Assembly (NCBI GenBank): GCA_039914705.1
Contig: JBDSOT010000086.1
Span: 1 to 35,223, forward strand
From: Gammaproteobacteria bacterium
GTDB lineage: Bacteria; Pseudomonadota; Gammaproteobacteria; SURF-13
Reading direction: 5' to 3'
Length of the DNA stretch: 35,223 nucleotides
Below are positions 28,624-35,223 of the stretch, piece by piece. Under the pieces are notes generated by a model. It ran no database searches. It saw only the letters and a list, made by a program, of their open reading frames with translations, and was not told where the DNA came from. Made by a program: the position numbers and the translations under genes. The stretch's first letter is position 1, and each line of letters opens with the position of its first letter.

Positions 28624-30009
28624 TCAAAACCAGTAAGCGAACAGGCTGCTGAACTGCTCACTTACCCGCTCCCAGAGCGGGCGCTGCTGCCATTTTTGCG
28701 GCGTTATCGCCTGTGCCTGCTGCTGATCCGACTGAAATAACGCCTCCATCTGCCGGCCGAAATTGCGACCCAGGATAACGGCGTTGACCTCATTGTTATG
28801 CAGGAAACTGCGGTAATCCAGATTGCTAGAACCTACCGTTGACCACATGCCATCGACGACCGCCGTCTTGGCATGCACAAAGGCATCGGAACGCTCATAA
28901 AGTTTGATGCCCGCCTGAAGCAATTCAGCATAATGGGAGCGCGATCCGTAAAACATGATGCGCGAATCACTAAAACCCGGCAATAGAATGCGTACATCCG
29001 CGCCGCGCCGCGCCGTGGCTTTTAGGGTATCGATAAATTTATCATCGGGCGAAAAATAGGCCTGTGTCACCCACACGCGTGAGCGCGCCTGCGCAATCGC
29101 GGCCAGATAGGCCTCGTAAATATCGTAATCTTCTTCGCCGCCGGTGCTGGCAACAACCCGCACCAAGTCCTGGCCTGCCTTGTCGAGCGGCGGAAAGTTA
29201 TTGGACTGGGTGCTGACATCCTTGCCACCCTCTGCCCAGGTACGCAGAAACAGCTTCTGGAATTCAGCAACGGCAGGCCCGGTGATCTGCACCTGGGTAT
29301 CACGCCAACCCGTCTCAATATCGCCATGTCTGGCTCTGCCGGAAGACGAACTGCTTGAATAAACATTGCTGATATTGATGCCGCCCGTGAAGGCGATGTT
29401 GCCATCGACGATGAGAATCTTGCGATGATCGCGCTGATTGACCAGCCAGATGCGCGGATCTACCGGGTGAAATTCATGGATCAGCACACCAGCAGCGCGT
29501 AGCCGATCAAAATATTCGACCGAACTGTCGATACTGCCCAGACTGTCGTAAATAATCTTGACCTCAACACCGGCGGCGCGGCGCTCCAGGAGAAGACCGG
29601 CGAGCCGTTGTCCGACCTCATCGTCAGCGAGGATATAGGTTTCCAGATGTATGTGATCCCTGGCCTTGCTGATGGCATCGAACATTGCCTTATAGGTTGC
29701 CGGGCCATCGACCAGCAGCTTGACGTCATTATCGGCAACCAGCGGCCCGCCGACTATCGCCTGCTCGACCTGCACAATCCGTTTAAGATGTTCCTCATCG
29801 TCGTCATCGCCCACTGCGCGCTCGACAATCTTCTCACCCTCCTTTGCGCTGGTCTTGCCGTCAGCATCCTTGACGTTCAAAGTATCCGTTGCCTGCGCGC
29901 CTTCGCTTAGCATCTCCTTGCTATCTGGCAAGGCGGCGCAGCCGGTGGTGGCCTGTAATAAGCTGAATGCCAGACAAAAGGAATACGGAAAGGTACGCTT
30001 TAGCGTCAT
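28624..30009 (-). CDS. Phospholipase D-family cardiolipin synthase-like protein
   Basis: Two HKD motifs: RDHRKILIVDG...FTGGIN and HAKTAVVDG...VGSSN; WRDT; signal-like N-terminus. Confidence 0.9.
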   Translation of the reverse strand: MTLKRTFPYSFCLAFSLLQATTGCAALPDSKEMLSEGAQATDTLNVKDADGKTSAKEGEKIVERAVGDDDDEEHLKRIVQVEQAIVGGPLVADNDVKLLVDGPATYKAMFDAISKARDHIHLETYILADDEVGQRLAGLLLERRAAGVEVKIIYDSLGSIDSSVEYFDRLRAAGVLIHEFHPVDPRIWLVNQRDHRKILIVDGNIAFTGGINISNVYSSSSSSGRARHGDIETGWRDTQVQITGPAVAEFQKLFLRTWAEGGKDVSTQSNNFPPLDKAGQDLVRVVASTGGEEDYDIYEAYLAAIAQARSRVWVTQAYFSPDDKFIDTLKATARRGADVRILLPGFSDSRIMFYGSRSHYAELLQAGIKLYERSDAFVHAKTAVVDGMWSTVGSSNLDYRSFLHNNEVNAVILGRNFGRQMEALFQSDQQQAQAITPQKWQQRPLWERVSEQFSSLFAYWF

Positions 30010-30117
30010 TGTTGTTTGCCTCCTGAATTATAGCTACCGTCGTGCGTATCATGTGATGATATTAGCATCTTTATCAACGACCTGAAGAGTAAATCCAGCG
30101 CCCTTAGGGGAGCCTCA

Positions 30118-30891
30118 TCAAAGCTCGTATGCATAGTCGATAATCAACGGCGCATGGTCGGAAAAACGTTCTGCCTTATAGATCGAAACAGCCCTGACCT
30201 TGTGCGCAAAAGCGGGCGTACTAATCTGATAATCTATGCGCCATCCGACATTCTTGGCCCAGGCCTGTCCGCGGTTTGACCACCAGGTATATTGCTCCGC
30301 CTCCTGATTCACCACCCGGAAGCAATCGGCGTAGCCATGGGTATCGAACACGCTGTCCAGCCAGGCGCGTTCCTCAGGCAGAAATCCCGAGTTTTTCTGA
30401 TTTCCGCGCCAGTTTTTAAGATCGATATTTTTATGCGCGATGTTCCAGTCGCCGCAGATAATGTAGTCGCGCCCGTCGTTGCGCAGACCCTGCAATACGG
30501 GCAAGAAGCGCGCCAGAAAATCGAATTTGACGGTTTGCCGCTCGGCACTGGATGACCCCGAGGGCAGGTACAGCGAAATAACGCTCAAATTGCCAAAATC
30601 GGCGCGCAGATAACGGCCTTCAGCGTCCATATCCGGCCAGCCCAGCCCGGCCGTTACCTTATCGGGTTCACGTTTGCAATAAATTGCCACGCCACTGTAG
30701 CCCTTCTTTTGCGCGTCGTGGAAATAACCGTAATAACCGGCCGGACTCAGGGTCTCTTCGGATAGCTGATGCTCCTGCGCCTTGGTCTCTTGCAGGCATA
30801 TAACATCGGCATCCTGTGCCGCCATCCACGCAAAAAATCCCTTGCGTGCCGCAGAGCGAATGCCGTTAACGTTAATACTGATCACTCGCAT
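30118..30891 (-). CDS. xth: Exodeoxyribonuclease III / AP endonuclease (ExoA-type)
   Basis: MRVISINVNGIRSA, CLQETK, YSGVA, EGR, GDWNIAH, YTWWSNRG, GWRIDY, FSDHAPL. Confidence 0.93.
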   Translation of the reverse strand: MRVISINVNGIRSAARKGFFAWMAAQDADVICLQETKAQEHQLSEETLSPAGYYGYFHDAQKKGYSGVAIYCKREPDKVTAGLGWPDMDAEGRYLRADFGNLSVISLYLPSGSSSAERQTVKFDFLARFLPVLQGLRNDGRDYIICGDWNIAHKNIDLKNWRGNQKNSGFLPEERAWLDSVFDTHGYADCFRVVNQEAEQYTWWSNRGQAWAKNVGWRIDYQISTPAFAHKVRAVSIYKAERFSDHAPLIIDYAYEL

Positions 30892-31048
30892 GCCATGCCC
30901 TACCTTAAAATCCTCAGCGTAAAAGAAATTCATCGATGATGCACCTGCCGCATTGTGAGTTGCTTAGATCGAACGTTGCAGCGCCACTGGTTTCTAATTG
31001 TGACGATCACCACTACAATCATCTTCCCGCCACCCCACGATGACTATC

Positions 31049-31690
31049 ATGCACGATTACCAACGCGAATTTATCGACCTTGCCATAGAGTGCGGTGCCT
31101 TGCGCTTTGGCCGGTTCACGCTCAAATCTGGCCGCATCAGTCCGTATTTTTTCAACAGTGGCCTGTTTAATTCAGGGGCGCGTCTGGCCCGCCTGGGCCG
31201 TTATTATGCAGCGGCCATTGAACAATCCGGGCTGGCCTACGACATGCTGTTCGGCCCGGCCTACAAGGGCATACCCCTGGTTGCGGCTGCCAGCATCGGG
31301 CTGGCCGAGGCTCACGGACGCGACGTGCCGTATGCGTTCAACCGCAAAGAAACCAAAGATCACGGCGAGGGCGGCATAGTAGTCGGGGCCGCTCTGAAGG
31401 GGCGGGTGCTGATTATTGATGATGTCATCACCGCCGGCACCTCGGTCGGCGAGTCGGTAGCGATTATTTCAGCCGCTGGCACCACCGCTGTCGGCGTGCT
31501 TATTGCCTTGGATCGTCAGGAACGCGGCAAGGGGGCAAGCTCTGCCTTTCAGGAAGTTGAAGGCCTCTATGGCATTACGGCCGTCAGCATTATTAACCTC
31601 AATAATTTGATTGAATATTTAACATCGTTGCGCGGCCGTGCACCAGAACTCGAACTCATATCTGCCTATCAAAAAGAATACGGGATTTGA
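31049..31690 (+). CDS. pyrE: Orotate phosphoribosyltransferase
   Basis: [45 protein letters not shown]. Start 31049 or 31040. Confidence 0.98.
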   Translation: MHDYQREFIDLAIECGALRFGRFTLKSGRISPYFFNSGLFNSGARLARLGRYYAAAIEQSGLAYDMLFGPAYKGIPLVAAASIGLAEAHGRDVPYAFNRKETKDHGEGGIVVGAALKGRVLIIDDVITAGTSVGESVAIISAAGTTAVGVLIALDRQERGKGASSAFQEVEGLYGITAVSIINLNNLIEYLTSLRGRAPELELISAYQKEYGI

Positions 31691-31807
31691 TCAAGGTACT
31701 TACCCGTACTCGTAACGGCCTTAATCCACTGGCCCGGTTTTTGCGTAATAACTTGAGTGCTTACGCCCGCTAATTTATAGTGCACGCTTACTCGACGAGG
31801 ACAGTCC

Positions 31808-32983
31808 ATGCTTGACGGTTTATTAAATCTTTCACTGTGGGGTTATGTTGCCGCCACCCTGCTCATCACCCACATCACCATCGCCAGTATCACCATCTTC
31901 CTGCACCGTCATCAGGCCCACCGTGCGCTCGATTTACATCCGATCGCCAGCCATTTTTTCCGCTTCTGGCTGTGGTTGACCACCGGCATGGAGACTAAGG
32001 CCTGGACGGCCATCCATCGCAAACATCACGCGAAATGCGAGACTGAGCAGGATCCGCACAGCCCGCAGATTCTGGGCATAAAAACGGTGCTGTTGCAGGG
32101 TTCCGAACTCTACCGCAAAGAGGCCAAGAATCAGCAGACCATAGAAAAATACGGCCACGGCACGCCCAACGATTGGCTGGAACGCAACATTTATGAGCGC
32201 CACAGCGCCAAGGGTGTTGTTCTTATGCTGGTGCTGAACCTGCTGTTATTCGGCCTGGCCGGCATCGCCATCTGGGGCATTCAGATGCTGTGGACGCCGG
32301 TTATGGCGGCGGGCATCATCAACGGCGTAGGTCATTGGTGGGGTTACCGTAACTATGAATGTCCGGACGCGGCCACCAACATCATCCCGTGGGGCATCCT
32401 GATCGGCGGCGAAGAGCTACACAACAATCACCACACCTTCGCCAGCTCCGCCAAGCTGTCCTCCAAAAAATGGGAATTCGACATCGGCTGGATGTACATA
32501 CGTCTGCTGGAGATGGCCGGGCTGGCGCACGTTAAAAAGGTCGCGCCCAAGCCGGTCGTAATCCCCGCCAAACCTGCCGTTGATATGGACACGCTGAGCG
32601 CCTTGATCACCCACCGCTTCCGTGTCATGGCGAGCTATGGCAAAGAGGTCGTGGGACGCGTGTACAAGGAGGAATTACACAAGGCCGACAAGGCCTCTCA
32701 TAACCTGCTCCGGCGTGCGCGCGCGCTGTTGATTCGCGAGGAATCACTAATGGACGACGAGGCCAGGCGCAAGCTGGAAACCGTGCTCAGCCACAGTCAT
32801 ACCCTGAACACCGTATACCAGTACAAACAACGTCTGCAGGAAATCTGGCAGCGCTCAACGGAGACCCAGGAAAATCTGTTGCACGCCCTGCAGGAGTGGT
32901 GCCGACAGGCCGAGGCCACCGGCATCAAGGCCTTGCAAGACTTCGCGCAGGGCCTGCGCGGGTATTCAATGCAAGCTGCCTGA
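31808..32983 (+). CDS. desA: Delta-9 fatty acid (acyl-lipid) desaturase, DesA type
   Basis: His boxes HRHQAH, HRKHH, HNNHH; DPHSP; GEELHNNHH; WEFDIGW; SD GAGGA. Confidence 0.9.
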   Translation: MLDGLLNLSLWGYVAATLLITHITIASITIFLHRHQAHRALDLHPIASHFFRFWLWLTTGMETKAWTAIHRKHHAKCETEQDPHSPQILGIKTVLLQGSELYRKEAKNQQTIEKYGHGTPNDWLERNIYERHSAKGVVLMLVLNLLLFGLAGIAIWGIQMLWTPVMAAGIINGVGHWWGYRNYECPDAATNIIPWGILIGGEELHNNHHTFASSAKLSSKKWEFDIGWMYIRLLEMAGLAHVKKVAPKPVVIPAKPAVDMDTLSALITHRFRVMASYGKEVVGRVYKEELHKADKASHNLLRRARALLIREESLMDDEARRKLETVLSHSHTLNTVYQYKQRLQEIWQRSTETQENLLHALQEWCRQAEATGIKALQDFAQGLRGYSMQAA

Positions 32984-33001
32984 ATTTTTCCTTAACTGTC
33001 C

Positions 33002-33035
33002 AATAAAAAACCCGCCTGAGAGCGGGTTTTTTATT
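33002..33035. terminator. Bidirectional intrinsic terminator between desA and rpmG
   Basis: AATAAAAAACCCGC-ctgaga-GCGGGTTTTTTATT perfect inverted repeat with T-tracts on both strands. Confidence 0.9.
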
Positions 33036-33055
33036 TTGCGAAGCATAAGCCAGGG

Positions 33056-33211
33056 TTATTTGATCTTGGCTTCCTTATACAGCACGTGCTGACGCACCAC
33101 CGGATCGAATTTCTTGATCTCCATCTTTTCAGGCATGGTGCGCTTGTTTTTCGTGGTCGTGTAATAGTGGCCGGTGTTGGCGCTGGAAACGAGCTTGATT
33201 TTATCCCGCAT
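33056..33211 (-). CDS. rpmG: 50S ribosomal protein L33 (zinc-free type)
   Basis: Manual translation [51 protein letters not shown] (51 aa, not in the ORF track); SD AGGAG. Confidence 0.97.
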   Translation of the reverse strand: MRDKIKLVSSANTGHYYTTTKNKRTMPEKMEIKKFDPVVRQHVLYKEAKIK

Positions 33212-33220
33212 GAATTTCTC

Positions 33221-33457
33221 CTAGACCTTTTCGCCACGACCGCGCAGGTCGGAGAGAATACGGTCGATGCCGTGTTTATCGATATTGCGCATGCCCTTCG
33301 AGCTGACACGCAGCCGCACCCAGCGATTCTCGCTCTCCACCCAGAAACGGTGTGTGTGCAGATTGGGCAGGAAGCGGCGGCGCGTCCTGTTATTAGCGTG
33401 CGAAACATTATTGCCGCTGACCGGACGCTTGCCGGTGACTTGACAGACTCGGGACAT
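33221..33457 (-). CDS. rpmB: 50S ribosomal protein L28
   Basis: [33 protein letters not shown]...; ATG 33457 after AGAGG. Confidence 0.98.
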   Translation of the reverse strand: MSRVCQVTGKRPVSGNNVSHANNRTRRRFLPNLHTHRFWVESENRWVRLRVSSKGMRNIDKHGIDRILSDLRGRGEKV

Positions 33458-33512
33458 GATAAAACCTCTTGATAAGATTATTTTGCCAAACCGCCCGGCA
33501 ATGGAACTGCGT

Positions 33513-33542
33513 TTTATATCATAAGCCGGCAAAAAGAGGCAA
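33513..33542 (-). promoter_or_regulatory. Candidate sigma70 promoter of rpmB-rpmG
   Basis: Minus strand TTGCCT-N18-TATAAA with TGn extension. Confidence 0.5.
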
Positions 33543-33598
33543 GAGAAAGATGCAATTAAATGCAGAACCACCTCTTTTCCCTTGCTTCTTATTTGTTT

Positions 33599-34273
33599 TT
33601 ACAGCAAACCCCGTTCGGCAAACGATACGGTCTGCCCGTCGCCGATAATGAGGTGATCGAGCACGCGAATATCGACCAATGCCAGGGCGTCTTTCAAGCG
33701 CTGCGTGATGAATTCATCTGCGGCGCTCGGCTCGGCCACCCCGGACGGGTGATTGTGAGCCAGGATCACGGCGGCAGCATTATGCCCCAATGCGCGTTTA
33801 ACAACCTCGCGCGGGTGCACGCTGGTGCCGTCGATGGTGCCGTGAAACAGCTCATCGAAACTGATAATACGATGCCGGTTATCCAGAAACAGACAGCCAA
33901 ACACCTCGTGGGCATAGCCGCGCAGGCGCGCCGTCAGATAATCGCGCGTCTCGTCGGGATTGGACAGCGCATCACCGCGCGTGAGGGTCTCGCGCAAGTG
34001 GCGCCTACCCATCTCAAGCACGGCCTGAAGCTGAACATACTTGGCCGCGCCCAACCCAAGCCCGCTGCAAAATTGCTGGTAATCCGCATTCAGCAGGCCG
34101 CGCAGACTGCCAAATGTGGTTAACAATTCGCGCGCCAAATCGACCGCCGTCTTGCCTCGCACACCAGTGCGCAGAAAAATTGCCAACAACTCGGCATCGG
34201 ACAAGGCAGCCGGGCCGTGTGCAAGCAAGCGTTCACGCGGGCGCTCATGGATCGGCCAATCAGTAATGGGCAT
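33599..34273 (-). CDS. radC: RadC (UPF0758, JAB/MPN domain) protein
   Basis: [54 protein letters not shown]. Confidence 0.96.
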   Translation of the reverse strand: MPITDWPIHERPRERLLAHGPAALSDAELLAIFLRTGVRGKTAVDLARELLTTFGSLRGLLNADYQQFCSGLGLGAAKYVQLQAVLEMGRRHLRETLTRGDALSNPDETRDYLTARLRGYAHEVFGCLFLDNRHRIISFDELFHGTIDGTSVHPREVVKRALGHNAAAVILAHNHPSGVAEPSAADEFITQRLKDALALVDIRVLDHLIIGDGQTVSFAERGLL

Positions 34274-34366
34274 GATTAAAATCCTTTGCTAGTCAGCAAG
34301 ATGGGGGTAAACTTTAGCCCACCCAGGCCGTCCCCGCAATCCGGGCAGGCGCACAAGAGGTATAAC

Positions 34367-34417
34367 ATGCTTTTCACAATAGCTGTGTTCTCGCGCGAAC
34401 ACACAATAATAATATGA
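34367..34417 (+). other. Candidate 16-aa leader uORF (MLFTIAVFSREHTIII)
   Basis: AAGAGG 6 nt before ATG 34367; TGA overlaps the ATG of the downstream sensor gene (ATGA). Confidence 0.3.
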
Positions 34418-35223
34418 AAGCAGCGCTGCCTTTCAATGAACCGGACCGGCTGTCCGCCCTGAACGATTATTGCATCATGGATACCCCGCCGGAGGCCGTA
34501 TTCGACGCCTTTACACGCCTGGCCGCGTATATCTGCGGCACCCCAATTGCCTTGGTATCGCTGATTGATGCGAATCGCCAGTGGTTCAAATCAAGAGTGG
34601 GCCTGGACGTGCACGAGACGCCGCGTGAAATTGCGTTTTGTGCCCACGCAATTTTGCAAACCGACACCCTGATTATCCCCGACACTCTGGCCGATGAGCG
34701 CTTTAAAGACAATCCGCTGGTAACCACCTTCCCGCATATCCGTTTTTATGCCGGCGTTCCGCTGACCAGTCCTGAAGGACATGCCCTAGGCACTCTCTGC
34801 GTCATTGATCGTATCCCCCGCCAACTGAGTGCTGAGCAGCTAGCAGCGCTGCGTGCCTTAGGTCATGAGGCCATGACACACCTCGAACTGCGGCGCAAGA
34901 ATCTGGAGCTGGAGCCGCTGCGGGATCGACTTGAACTTATTCTGAACGAGGCCGGCGAAGGCATTTACGGCATGGACGCTCAGGGTAACACCAGCTTCGT
35001 CAGCCTCGCTGCCGCGCATATGCTGGGCTGGGAGGCACATGCGCTGATCGGAAAACCCCTGCACGAAACCATTCACCATTCCTATCACGATGGCGTGCCC
35101 TATCCGAAAGAGAGTTGCCCAATTCACACGGTACTGGCCGACCACAACACGCGCCGGGGACAGGACGAGGTATTCTGGCGTCAGGACGGGACGTCTTTCT
35201 TTGTGCAATATGTCTGCGCACCC
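34414..35223 (+). CDS. GAF + PAS domain sensor protein, N-terminal part (output domain outside window)
   Basis: Manual translation MKAALPFNEPDRLSALNDYCIMDTPPE...VSLIDANRQWFKS...AFCAHAI...DERFKDNPLV...IRFYAGVPL...LGTLCVID (GAF), then GEGIYGMDAQGNTSFVS...HETIHH...CPI...FWRQDG (PAS). Open to the window edge, so absent from the ORF track. Confidence 0.92.
   Translation, partial: MKAALPFNEPDRLSALNDYCIMDTPPEAVFDAFTRLAAYICGTPIALVSLIDANRQWFKSRVGLDVHETPREIAFCAHAILQTDTLIIPDTLADERFKDNPLVTTFPHIRFYAGVPLTSPEGHALGTLCVIDRIPRQLSAEQLAALRALGHEAMTHLELRRKNLELEPLRDRLELILNEAGEGIYGMDAQGNTSFVSLAAAHMLGWEAHALIGKPLHETIHHSYHDGVPYPKESCPIHTVLADHNTRRGQDEVFWRQDGTSFFVQYVCAP

Noticed and set aside
32580-32983. C-terminal helical extension of the desaturase, often auto-annotated as ISL3 transposase-like
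   Set aside because: A normal part of proteobacterial DesA; no DDE motif, terminal inverted repeats or target duplication seen.
33599-34273. radC as a marker of a mobile element
   Set aside because: Full-length chromosomal type in the conserved radC-rpmB-rpmG context, not the short ICE/prophage form.
1-35223. CRISPR arrays, REP-like repeat families, toxin-antitoxin or defence genes
   Set aside because: No regularly spaced repeats or such genes seen; the intergenic hairpins do not share sequence.

Overview
Mostly core-genome DNA from a non-enteric Gammaproteobacterium, probably a Calvin-cycle autotroph (inferred from CbbY plus an SePSK/AtXK1-like FGGY kinase; SMC rather than MukB). Gene order: smc (5' part) <- | queF -> FGGY kinase -> cyclic beta-1,2-glucan synthase (2926 aa) -> cysZ -> <- cbbY | dksA -> <- DUF3579 <- ppiD <- tRNA-Asp <- tRNA-Val <- hupB <- lon <- clpX <- clpP <- tig <- tRNA-Leu <- UbiH/I/F-family hydroxylase | metX -> metW -> AmpG-like MFS -> <- PLD/cardiolipin synthase <- xth-like | pyrE -> desA -> <- rpmG <- rpmB <- radC | GAF-PAS sensor (5' part) ->. 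I found no mobile element, prophage, CRISPR array or defence system, and I cannot support a clearly new multi-gene system. The best leads are small: a 16-codon AUA-rich uORF coupled to the GAF-PAS gene, an FGGY kinase with no in-frame canonical start, a trigger factor with a degenerate PPIase pocket, a possible uORF chain before cgs, and a possible Rubisco metabolite-repair pair flanking cgs. All calls come from reading motifs by eye; no database searches were run.
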